From Marsupella aquatica (lineage: Eukaryota; Plantae; Marchantiophyta): DNA of 64,000 bases. The notes under the pieces were generated by a model, which searched no databases, was not told where the DNA came from, and saw nothing but the letters and a program-made list of their open reading frames with translations. Positions within the stretch are counted from its first letter, which is position 1. Each line of letters starts with the position of its first letter. The DNA lies in assembly GCA_973895155.1 (NCBI GenBank), contig OZ316893.1:22603844-22667843 (forward strand), read 5' to 3'. Position numbers and translations under genes: made by a program. Below are positions 1 through 11,399 of the stretch, in pieces.

Positions 1-114
1 CTCCTTGACATCTTTTATCGCCTCAACATCTTTTCTCTCCTCGACATCTTCTATCACCTTGACATCTTTTGCTCACCTCAACATCTTTCATGCAACGCAC
101 GGGCATTGGGCTAG
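1..114 (+). mobile_element. Helitron-type 3' end (element runs off the left edge of the window)
   Basis: Degenerate 'catctttt..cctc(a/g)a' subterminal repeats, then the hairpin-like tgcaacgcacgggc and terminal CTAG|T at 111-115. The same end occurs at 46560-46588 and, inverted, at 8917. Confidence 0.7.
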
Positions 115-285
115 TATTTCTATAAGTAACAAGAACTAACGAGTGTTGGAGAGGGTATATTGTATTTTGGAGAAATGTATGCAGAGAAAAGTATAATTTG
201 GCAGGAAAAAAACTTTAGACTCATTTTTGGGCCCCCACCACAAATATGAACTTAAAGTTCATTCAATAAAACATCACCAACGCGC

Positions 286-419
286 GTTACGGTGGGCCTC
301 CCGTAGCCGCCCGGTGTGATGACCAAAGTCACCAGGGACCTTCAAGGGAATGACTTGACTGCTGGACCTATATTATCCATCCTGGCCCTGAAAGTCACCA
401 CCGTGCATGCAATATTAAG
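286..419 (+). repeat. ~140-bp tandem repeat family, part 1 (end of one unit plus start of the next)
   Basis: gttacggtgggcc...gctggac|ctatattatccatcctggccctgaaagtcaccaccgtgcatgcaatattaag. The same unit occurs at 1180-1273, 5411-5521 and 8761-8910. Confidence 0.85.
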
Positions 420-1178
420 TGCATGAATCTTATTCGACGGGAAGTGGTGGGGAGAGTCAAGATATACTCTTTGTTATTGGATCCATATTAGGGACACCCT
501 CTTTGGTCCCTTTTCAGCACCCGAAGGGGGAACCTGTTCTCTGTCATCTGGCTGTGCATTATGGCTGAGCAGGAAGACATCAGATAATATTCTCATGGGT
601 TCCCATATTTCAAGACTACAAAAGTGAGAGGCTCTAGGGGAGCACAAAGGGATTATTGGGATCTGAGACTTGGTCAGCAGGAGACATATGGCTTTGGCAC
701 AAGGATTTTATTGGGATCTGAGACTTGGTTGGCAGGTGGCATATGGAGATGGTGGTGAGTGGCAGTCTGGGGAGAATGGAGTATGCCTGTTGCCCAGTCT
801 CTTTCCTGGCTGTTTCCTGATTGGATGGCTGCTATTGGTGCATGGTGGCTGCATTTGGTTGCTTGGGTTCACCCGGCTTAGTTTTTCCTGTTGGTCCCCC
901 TTGTTCGGGGGTTCCACCTTCCCACTGTTACTGCCCCTTCTTTTTGGCAGTATGGGCTGGTGGATCCCATGGATTTCTCTATGGGGGTGCTCCTTCTCCT
1001 TGCCCCCCTTAATTGCTTCTTTTTTCTCTGCCTCCTTCCTTCAGGCAGTTTTTTTGGGGGGTTTCCCTGGTTTTTCTTGTTTTGTGCCCACGGGCCCTTT
1101 GCGGAATAAAGTTTCGGGGCTCATTCCCCTCAAAAAAAATAATAATAAAAATAATATATATATATATATATATATATA
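420..1178 (+). mobile_element. 5'-truncated LINE-like retrotransposon 3' fragment
   Basis: Interrupts the 140-bp unit and is flanked by the apparent TSD atattaag. It has a pyrimidine-rich 3' region, aataaa at ~1105 and an A-rich/(TA)n tail at 1132-1178. No intact ORF, so the family is uncertain. Confidence 0.5.
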
Positions 1179-1179
1179 T

Positions 1180-1273
1180 TAAGAGCTCCAACTTGTTACG
1201 GTGGGCCTACCGTAGCCTCCCGGTGTGACGACCGAAGTCACCAGGGACCTTCAAGGAAATGACTGCTGGACCT
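1180..1273 (+). repeat. ~140-bp tandem repeat family, part 2
   Basis: aagagctccaacttgttacggtgggcc...gctggacct continues exactly where 419 stops. Confidence 0.85.
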
Positions 1274-4200
1274 CATATATCAGACTGCCAAAGAGCAGGG
1301 GCGCTGAACCGGGAGACAGGATCCCACAGGCCAAAAAACCCAATCAAGGGAAGACAAGAAAAAAGGCCAAAAGGCCAAAGAGCAAAAACAAAAAAGACCA
1401 GGCACAAGCCCAGCCCAAGGAGAACAAAGGACACACAAACCTAAGGACTACCCAACTGCAAAGTGAAGGGCCTGATAAAGCTCCGTCGTGAACTGCATAG
1501 GGGGGTCAAGGAAGGGAATCCGACTAGACGCCCTGACTCCAACCACCTCTCCTCTACGAAGGATAGTGAAGGCCTGTGCACGCTGAAGTGCAATGGACAC
1601 CCGCTGTCTAAAAAAGGCTGTGATAACAGAGATGGGTGGATAAGGCCGCCGCTCGACGTAATGAACCGCACAGGAACGCAAGAAATGGTCAAAAGTCGGG
1701 TGTAGCGCTCCAAAGACCTCCACGGCAAACGGGTAAAAAAGGTCCCTTGGGTAACGCGTAGCATAAGCCTCCTCCTTGAGGTGAGCAGCCCTCGTGGCAG
1801 CATGACCGGGGATATGGGCCGCGGACGCCAAATTGGCTCCACTTGTGGGGTCAGCAACAACCACATCCCCAAGGGCACGAACACCAGCACGAGAGAAAAC
1901 CAAATCAGCCCGACACCTGTCCGGAACTCCATCCTGGGGTGGTAACACATGTTGTTGCTCCATCATAACATGATACCCGGAATCACGAGCAATGGCGGCT
2001 ACCACATCCCGTATGTCATCGTGTGTCGCCGTCCGCTCACTACCATGACCACATCGCAGGATATGGATTTCCCCCCTATCCAAGGGCGCCCCACAAACGC
2101 ATGTGGGTTGCCCAAGGAGGCATGGGTGGGGAAGACCAAGTCTCCGCGCATGGAAGTGGTGAAGACAAAAGATCTCATACGAAAGGGGGCCCACAATGGG
2201 CTGGCAGATAACCAAGCCCCCAAACCAACGCCCGAACCGGATAAAAAATGAGCACGAACCAAGTCAGAAGGTGCGTCGGAAAGCATGCTAGAAAGGGTGA
2301 ATCGGTGCATGCGATCAGAGATCACCTGTTGAACTCGGTCGGGACTGTCCAAAATAACTCCCTCAAAAGCAGGGATCACGCTCTGCACATCCTCCGGTAA
2401 TAAGGACCGGGCATGACGAAGCTGGACCTGAAAAGGGAGAGCTCCGTTCTCCACTCCCATGACCGGGTCAGAGAGGATAGGCCGAAGGTCCACAATGAAA
2501 CGTGACGCCAAGGCGGGGGCCACTTGCGCCCAGCTGCCAAGAAACGCACGAGGAGCAGCAACCACAGCCGAGGACACCCCCAGACCACCTCCCAATGGGG
2601 GCAGAGACGCCTGCCTAGCCGCAAAAGAACCATCCTCTCCATCAAGGGCTCCAGGACCGATGAGGTTACCAAAGACCCGCATCACGGTGGTGTCAAAGGA
2701 AGAGAGCAAGGACAAAAACACTGGGGTGGGGGGGGACCGTCCGCAGGAGGTAAGATGGTCGGCAAACAAAACACAAAACCAAAATCAAGAAGGCAATCTG
2801 GACATCTCCCAAAGCCACCAGCTGGTCAAGGTGCAAGACATCCTGGTCCAAGGCAGACTGTAGAAACTCCTGCTCAAAGGCCAACCCCCCAAACGGCACC
2901 CCAAGGACCCGAATGCCATCATGTCTAATGGGGATATCAAGAGGGGGGGAGAATGAGTCCGGGAGAGGAAGATGGGACCAGACCCCACACTTCCTAGACT
3001 GTACTGACAAACCAATAATGGCAAGCTGCTGAACAAAATGGATATAGGCATCTCCAAGAAGCAAAGCAGGAGCAACAATGTGAGTATCGTCAGCAACGGA
3101 GGGGAACAAGCAACCTGGAAAGGCACTGGAAGATGCCCGTATGGCCCGAAGATGAGCCAAGGCAAACAACGCACCACCAAGGGGATCCCCCTGCTGAGTG
3201 CCGGACTCGGACATAATGGTGGAGTATGTCCCAGACGCCAGATGATCAGAGTAGACCAAGGGGGCAGGGGTCCCATAAAAATCTCGAGCAAAAGGGATGA
3301 GGGAAGCAATCTCCCCCCAGCATCCCGAAGCTCCTCAAAAATCACACGACGGGAGACAGAGTTGAAGGCATTTGCAACATCCACCTAAATGACCCCCCAA
3401 TTAGGGTGGAGGTCCAAAACGGCCCGCAAGCCATGTACCACACTCTCACAACCGCCCGGGGTGGCCACGCCAAACTGGTGGGGGAAGAAGTGTGATGCAA
3501 ACAGGGCCCTCATCTGTAAACAAATGCAACGGCTAACCAAACGATACAGGACCTCCCCAATGGCCAGGGGTCGAACGCCACCAGTCTCCTTGTCCAAAGC
3601 CATGAGCCGACACGCCCCCAAGAGCTGAGCGACAACCGGCGGAATGCGGCCACCTGTAACATGAGCACAAACCTGGAACAACTCTGGGAAACCCGATGCC
3701 GAGTCATCGGGGGAGAAGCAGTCCCTGAGGTGCTCAAACCTCATCCCAGAGATGCCCCCAGCGGAAAGATGGGGCAAGTGAAGGAAGACAGAGGAAAATA
3801 TCTCGCGAAAAAGGGAGAACTCAACCTCCGGAGAGAAACTCCCAATGAAACCTAGAACCGCGCAAGAAGCCGGGGGATGAAGGGACCGAAGGGACCGAAG
3901 GGACCGAAGGGCCGCAACAGTCTCGATCGAAGGAGGAGAGGGGGAAAGGGGAACCAAGGAACGTGCGGCCCGAGAGAACTCCCCCTCCCGTCCCAACAAA
4001 AGACATCGGTGAAGGCGGCGTTGTACAGGAGGGACCAGCGGTTCCTCCTCAACCTCAGAGGCCCGAGAGGCCAACGCAAGAAGCCGGTGATAGAACTCCT
4101 CCTGAAGCAAAACCCAGTCCCTCGACAAAAACCGTTGCAACCTGGCAATGGTCTCTCTATGCCCGGCCGGGCCCCCCCGAGGAGGGAGAGTCAACACCCA

Positions 4201-5409
4201 ATGAGGAAGCAAGAGGAGCAGGGACCAGGCACCGACATCAGTGGGGTCACGCGCCAGCCGGTCAAAAGGAAGACGAAAGATCTGCCGAAGCAGGGGCCGC
4301 AAGGGCACAGGAATCCGGGTATACAATCGAGGATGCCGAAAACTGGGATAAAGAGCTGCAAGGACATCCAGGTGGGCCAGCCAATCCCAGGAAGAAGGGG
4401 GGGCAGACGGGGGAGGGGGAAGGGGGGCAGGGGGAGCACAGAGGAGGAGGAAGCACGAAGAGCGGGACAAGAGCAACAATGACGAGTCAGACCAGATGGT
4501 TGGTACCAACTGTGACAAGCATCACACTGGACACGGGAATCAGAAGGAGAAGAGGGGGGGGAAGAGGGACGGAACCTGCGAGCTGAACGAGGGGTGGAAG
4601 ATGGTGAAGCCATAGGGACAAGAGTGGTGGGAGGGGAACTAGGATAGGAGGGAGTTCCATGGGAAAAAGCTGGGATAAAGGGTGGGGGCAAAGGAAAAGA
4701 AAAGAAAATAAATGAACGGAACGATGAAAAAAGGGTACAAGAACAACACCGGAAAACACGAGCAAAACAAAAACAGAAATGAAGGAACAAGGGATGGATG
4801 TCCAAGACAAAGAACCTCAACCCAATAGTGGCAAGCCGCACTAAACCCATAAACCTGGTGACCCGGAGGAACGCCTCCAATGACTGGACGAAAAAAAAAC
4901 CCCGCGGACGCAGAGCCAGAGCGCGAACGGGTACCACCTTTGGTGGGGGCCCAGCCCCACCAGCCAAACCAGGTCCAAGGCCTCCAGGCACGAATCCGCA
5001 GGGGAAAATCCGGGGCCGCAAGAAATCCAACCCAACCGGGGGGGGGCGACCTTCCCAGGCCCAGGGCCGACAATCCCGGTGCAAGGCCGTCCTTGCTGGG
5101 CTCAGGGCCGCCCTTCCCGGGCGCAGGGCTGAGCCCCCGGCGTCAGCCCAGGCCGATGACCTCCGCTCCTGGGAGCCGGGGGACCCTCATAATTACCCCA
5201 CGCCTCCCGAAACTCCCCGCTCCACGCCGCTCCTCGCCCGGTCTCCCACCTCCGCTGCACCGCACCCCCGTTGCCCAGCGCTGCTCCGCTCCATTTCCCC
5301 GCTCCGTTTCTTGCTTGGCCTGAATGGTGTTTTGGCCTGGCTTGTCTTCAGAATCAGTTACTTTGGGCAATACATGAGTTGTCACTGCACGCATGAAAGC
5401 AAGTTAAAG
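1274..5409 (-). mobile_element. Near full-length CRE-like non-LTR retrotransposon (RT plus restriction-like endonuclease), frameshifted
   Basis: Single decayed ORF ~4613->1448 split across frames. N-terminal C-x2-C...H zinc finger (CDACHSWYQPSGLTRH), GGVRPLAIGE, DVANAFNSVSR, QGDPLG, ADD, C-terminal CVCG..H.L.C knuckle and RADL..DVVVADP..EVFG endonuclease motifs. GC-rich 5' UTR and a short AT tail. The 5' boundary is approximate. Confidence 0.88.
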
Positions 5410-5410
5410 C

Positions 5411-5708
5411 CTATATTATACATCCTGGCCCTGAAAGTCACCACCGTGCATGCAATAATAAGAGCTCCAACTTGTTACGGTGGGCCTACCGTAGCCACCT
5501 GGTTTGACGACCAAAGTCACAAGATTCAGGGAGACAGAGTCCCTGTTTTGTCATTAAATGCGTCTTGGTTTTCCCCCACACAACACCTCACCGGAAGACC
5601 CTCCTCGTTTTTGTGTCCCACTTTTTTCAGGCCAGGCTTTTTGGGTCCCTTGGCTGCCCCTGCCCATCCCATGCTTGGGCAGCCCTTAAAACCTCGCCCT
5701 TTTTGGTA
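5411..5708 (+). repeat. 140-bp unit (part 3) followed by a ~170-bp repeat that recurs inverted at 8430-8757
   Basis: ctatattatacatcctggccctgaaag... then tgttttgtcattaaatgc...gcccctgcccatcccatgc.tgggcagccctt. Confidence 0.75.
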
Positions 5709-7459
5709 ACCCCTTTATTTCTATATTTTTATTTCTATATTTTTATTTTAAATAATGGGTTCTCTGGCCCGCTCTCTGGCCATTAGTCAGATTTTTTTGA
5801 CTTTATTTACGGACCCCACTAGAGGTTCCTTCCAAAATTCCTGGCACCACAGCATGCCACATCAGCAACAACCGCAACAAACAAGAATGGTCATGTTTGC
5901 GCAACGAATAAACTCCTCTCCATCTTGTTTACGTCACTTTTCGTGTAATTTTATGGACGCCATGCCGTCAAAACATAATGTAAAAGTAAATAAAAGTTCA
6001 TCCAAATCTATTGATACAAAGGGCGAGATTAAAAACATTCACCCATATTCTCTTTACTTAAATTTATAAATGTTTTTTTATAAAAGTAAATAGTGTTCAA
6101 CGTAAACAGTAACCGTATTCCTGTGTAACTGCCGAAATAAAACCGTCGGAACAAAAGAAGCACATCAACATTTCGAAAGGGAGGAAGGCTTTTGATGAAA
6201 GTAATGAAAAGAGGAAAGCTCGAAAGGAGTTTTGCCTCTTGAAGTGCAAAGTAAAGAGGAATGTTGGAGAAACAAAATAAAAAAAGATCAGAAGCCGAAT
6301 GAAGAAAGGAAAAATGAGAACTGATCGAGGATAGAAAAGAGGCGCAGCACATCTTAATCAGAAACAAATAGATCGAGCAGAAAGAAGGAGAAGCAAAGAG
6401 AATCGATAAGGACATTGAGAAGATCGATAAGGACTGATCGACCTCAACTACTCTAGCAGATCACTGAAGCTCAACGTAGTAGTCCACTAATCGAATAAAA
6501 ACAGGTGGGGGTCCACGAACTAATTTGAAAGTTTGAAACATGGAAATAAAACCCAAGATAAGGCGAGAGTAGTCACCAATTGCAAGAAGAACTAAACCCT
6601 CCCTACAAATATAATTTTTTTCAGGCAGGAATTCCTCTCAGCATTGAGTGTGGTTGCATTGAGGTCTCTTTTGTAGGAACAAAATTATCTCAGATTCCAG
6701 AAAAGAACTATCTGGTTGAAGGAGAATGTATATGTGACATTTCCAAAGAACAAAAATTGTCAAACCAGGAAGCAGGATACCAAAGGCAAGTGACTCAATA
6801 AAGGGGTGAAAACATTAGCCTAACCTCTGTAAGATTAAAGAGCCAAAATAAGCCTGAGTCCGAACAACTGCAAAAATGACTAAAATAACTACAACCCTAC
6901 AGACAAAAATTGCTGGCATGAATCAAAGGATGGCAAAAAGTCTGGTTTGGTTGAAGAATGGAGTTGAGAAAAGACAAAGAAAGGAATTTCACGGCAGAAA
7001 CTAAACGATCACAAAAAGCGCCAGCAAAATACTTTATGGGTCCCCTCTAGGTAAATATATTCGTGACTAGCCCCTCACTTTTCAAATATACTTAATGGGG
7101 CCCCTTGTCCCTGCAACCCTTTCTCGTGACCTGTGTCAGTAATTCTTTTCTGCATTTTTTAATTTTAACATAATCCTACAATTATCTACATCAGTCCACC
7201 AAATGTACTCTCTAGAAGCAATTTTAAGTGTACACTTGCTTAAAATAAATAGATAACATATGTACAAAGTATTTAGCCCTTGTCACTCCCATATTCATTT
7301 TTTTCATGTTTTGAAATACTTGTGCAAGGTAAGTACTACTTTAAGGTACCTAATATTTACTCTCTTTAGTTATTCCATCTCAATTTTTTGGGCAGTACAC
7401 CTGAAAGTATTTCTCCAAAGCATAGTCTTACCTGAACTTTAGTAAGGCGAGTCAATGGT

Positions 7460-8015
7460 TTTGGGTACTATTTTTTAAAATTTGTTTTCTGCAAATAAAC
7501 CACGTGTGATTTAAGCAATTCTTTGATGCTATTTTGCCAAAAAAAAAGGAGTCCAACGTGAGTATTTCCTAAATACACCAAGTTCTTTTTGTGTCACTTT
7601 GAGCAAACATAGAGACGTGAATTGTGATATGATTTTGATAGCTAATAATTTAGTGGTTGTTTCACCAACATTGAGCTCAAGTTTTAAGGTCATATAACTG
7701 CTTTTACATTTGTTACTATGTGCATCCTAATGCTCATGTTTATGAATTCAATTGATGCCTTGTGAATTCAATTAGTGCATTTTGTACTAAGCTAAACAAT
7801 AAAAATTACCATTTAAGTGACATTGTGTAAATTGCCTGAAATTCTCTAGCTAGGTGCTCACATCTGAAAAAAACTTTCACAAAAATAACACCAACAAAAT
7901 GCTCAAGTCTAACATGAATATTTCCACAAAGGTTTTTGGCAAAATAGCATCAAAGAATTCTTTAAGGGCCCTTGATTTAACTGCAAAAAACAAATTTTAA
8001 AAAATAGCACCCAAA
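7460..8015. mobile_element. MITE/foldback-like element with ~85-bp inverted termini
   Basis: tttgggtactattttttaaaatttgttttctgca...ttctttgatgctattttgccaaaa (7460-7545) is the approximate reverse complement of 7932-8015. No TSD recognised. Confidence 0.55.
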
Positions 8016-8429
8016 TAGCATCGGTGAGACACCCGGATTTCTTTTTTTTTGCCTTGAAAACCGAAAGCAGGCCCATCCAACAGAGGATAGACGTCCTGCT
8101 TTGGAGCATGCATTTCTATGTAGGGCAGCCACAAGGAGACAATACCCAGGGATCCGACAGGGACCCAGACCAGGAGGGAGAGAGGATTAAACCAGAACCC
8201 AAAGTGGGCAACCAGGGCTGAGGAGATAATCAATACTCCCACCATTACACCCCACACACACACACACACATACCCTCCACACCCCTTATGTGTGGAGGGA
8301 GGATTGGAGAAATTGGGGGAAGACATAGAAAGGGGATAAGGGAAAGAGTAGATGCTTGCCATAAACACTCCTTCGTGTCATGGCAACTTTGTTCACCACC
8401 CTTTTGTTCAACAAACAGTCAGCAGCAGG

Positions 8430-8757
8430 AAGGGTGGGGTTTGAAGGGCTGCCCAGGCATGGGATGGGCAGGGGCAGCAAGGGAACCCCAAAAAGGTTGG
8501 CCTGAAACTGACTTGTGACACAAAAATGAGGAGAGTCTTCAGGTGGGGTGTTGGGCAGGAAGGGTGTGATTTTAAGGGCTGCCCAGGCATGGGATGGGCA
8601 GGGGCAACTAGGGAACCCAAAAAGGCTGGCTTGAAACTGAATTGTGACACAAAAATGAGGAGGGTGGGGTGTGGGGGAGAACCGAGGTGCATTTAATGAC
8701 AAAACATGGGCTAGTCTCCGTAAATCCTGCAAGGCACCAATTTCCAGGGCAAGATGC
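8430..8757 (-). repeat. Inverted copy of the 5420-5705 repeat with an internal tandem duplication
   Basis: aagggctgcccaggcatgggatgggcaggggca occurs twice (~8443 and ~8574), followed by gcatttaatgacaaaaca. Confidence 0.75.
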
Positions 8758-8760
8758 CAA

Positions 8761-8910
8761 CTATAGTGTACATCCTGGCCCTGAAAGTCACTACTGTGCA
8801 TGCAATAATGATAGCTCCAACTTGTAATGGTGGGCCTACCATAGCCGCCCAGTGTGACGACCGAAGTCACCAGGGACCTTCAAGGAAATGACTACTGGAC
8901 CTATACTATA
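8761..8910 (+). repeat. Complete uninterrupted copy of the 140-bp unit
   Basis: ctatagtgtacatcctggccctgaaag...gactactggac, then ctatactata (start of the next unit). Confidence 0.85.
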
Positions 8911-8916
8911 CACTCA

Positions 8917-9245
8917 CTAGCTCGATATCTTTGCGTTGCATAAAAAATGTTGTGACACTCGAGATGTCATTATGTGAAAAATGTCATGAACTAAAAAAAT
9001 GTTGTTAAGAAAAGAGAAGTTGTGACGCCCAAGATGTCATTATGTGAAATATGTCGTGAAGTGAAAAGGTTTCGTTAAGAAAAAAAAGTCATTTCGCCAA
9101 TTAAAGATATCATTATGTGAAAATTGATGTTGTCAAGTACTAACATGTCGTTAGTATGTGAAAGATGTCATCAAGTAAAATGATGTTGTGATGCCAAAAG
9201 GGTCATTTTGTGAAAGATGTAGTGAAGAGAAAAGATGTTTTTACG
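8917..9245 (-). mobile_element. Helitron-type 3' end, minus strand
   Basis: The minus strand reads ...tttttatgcaacgcaaagatatcgagCTAG|T, preceded by the same catct/aagatg subterminal repeats seen at 1-90. Confidence 0.6.
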
Positions 9246-11399
9246 TAAAAGTGAGCCCCTTGCCTGACACCTTATAATAAATGCCTCTGCCATGATCTTT
9301 ATTATGTTTTTGTTTCTTTGGTAGTGAAAATGATGCCAAAAAATGATTATAAAAACTCACCCCAAATATTGGAATAATAGTTTCATTGTAATTTGATTAG
9401 TGTAGGTAGTACACTTATTGACTAAAGTAGTATCTGCAATTTAACTCCTCCAAATGTTACACAAACTATGCAATATTATTCTATTGAGTAACTATGTACA
9501 CCCTATTGAGTAATATGTACAGTATTTCCTTTGATCATGGATTGATCCTGGTGCATTGTGTGACCATAGTACCTTGAATTTGTTGATCTCATTCGTGATT
9601 CTCTTGGTAACAATGGTGTGACTCTTTTCCTTTCACACTAAATTAAATTCACTTTTTGGCTTTTTCCTTCTCTCTAACAGGATTTCTCATTTTTTGTGCC
9701 CTGCAAATTTGAATGACAACCACTCCAAAACAAATGGCGCGACTCTTTAGTATAGGAGTTAATTAGCCCGATTAGCAGTTCCTTGAACGTAAATAGATAT
9801 TAAGAAAAACAATCTTGCAAGAAAAATTCTATTCTATTGTGTTCATCTTTGCCCCATCTTGTTCTTTGTCCACCCTCTTTTCAATTGTGTCTTTATTTAG
9901 AGTCAATGTACCTTTTGTTAGCATTCCCCTATCCAGTTTTTTGTTTATCCTCATTTTAAGTTGTGTGTTTATTAAAGACTCATTATTAGTTTGTCTCTAT
10001 TGAGAGTTACGTTCTAGAGTGAACACTTCAGGGCTTTGCAAATTTTTGGTAAGATGTCTCCTTCTGACTGAACTTATAGAGTCTCAGTACCAAAGCTAGC
10101 CCAAGTGGTCAAAATGAGGGACAAAAGCATGGTTGCAACCTATTATATATATACGTAGATGGTGGACATGTATTCAAAGCCCACCCTTAGACAAATTATC
10201 GCTCCCAGGGCTTATGAAGATGCTCAATGCCAGAATCAGCCCAAATGGACAAAACATGTTTGCCCACTATATACATGGTGGACCTTTTTGTTCTCATTTA
10301 TTAATATACGATAATCCTAAAAAAAATTTAATTTATTACCATTTGGGGGAGATTGCTTAAAGTTGGAGCAACCCTATCACCTCTGTGCATGTCTGATTAG
10401 TTTTTTCCTTGTCTAATTAATCCCAACATTGGGTTGGAAAGACTTATTGCCCTAGCCCTAGCCCTATCAATCATATTTAACTCATCCTCCATTTAAAATT
10501 GGTTTGACTCTTAGGATGTATGCTTGTGAATTGGAAGTTCCAATATCTAATCTGCGACGTCCTGCATCCCGTAAGATATGGGGTCTATCCATCTGTTTGT
10601 ACTTCATGCATGACCGATAGAGCTTTGATCACATTGTACATTCTATTGATTTCATCCAAGTTGACATGACCATAGAGTCCTAGGTAGGGCGACTCATCCC
10701 CTTTGATGATGTTTCCCAAATGTCAAATGTGCCTTTGCTCATGTTGCATGAAAAGTATTATATGTTTTGCAAAACTTACATTTTTGATAGATACAGTTAA
10801 CATCATTACATGTTGATGGCTCATCACATTGTTCAAAACATTTCCATACTATAGAGAATGTTGCACTATGCCTACGAGAATGATTTGGACCATGCCTAGG
10901 AGTAGTGGAATGATATCCAGATTCACTGGACTTATACTAATCGAAAAACATATTTCTAAAGAAAGATGTATATATAGCTCAGTTTAAACTCTCTAGTCTC
11001 TACCGTACAAATAGAATGAAAGCGTCATCTCTCGTCCAACGCACCATGAATTTACATAAATACAACACTGTGAAATGAATATTTTCTCCATGTGTAGCTA
11101 TCCATGTCAAAAGATGATATAACACATACTATGAAAACAAAAAAACAAACAAATTAAACAACAACATTTCCCAACATTTTTAGGTCCCTAAAATATATGG
11201 CTAGTATTTTCTTTAATTTGTGGTTATTGTAACAAATATAAAAGAGTAGGATATATACTTTGTTGACTTATCACAAGTTGAGCCGAAGCTCCAAGAGTGT
11301 GCACCAAAGTTTCTCAATCTTTCATGTATACTTGCCTACATCCCTACTTTCTCCTAAGTTATAGACTATGTATAACTTAGCAACCATTTATCTATCAAG

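Noticed and set aside
670-1182. 170-aa hydrophobic membrane-protein-like ORF
   Set aside because: Translation of a T-rich retrotransposon 3' region running into the A/(TA)n tail.
4798-5709. 303-aa plus-strand ORF and other long ORFs antisense to the CRE (e.g. 3877-4482, 3963-4586)
   Set aside because: Shadow ORFs of GC-rich retrotransposon sequence. The longest crosses an element boundary and none has recognisable motifs.
8761-8900. Hammerhead ribozyme in the 140-bp unit
   Set aside because: ctggtga/tgacga resemble the core, but no CUGANGA...GAAA arrangement with three stems could be built on either strand.
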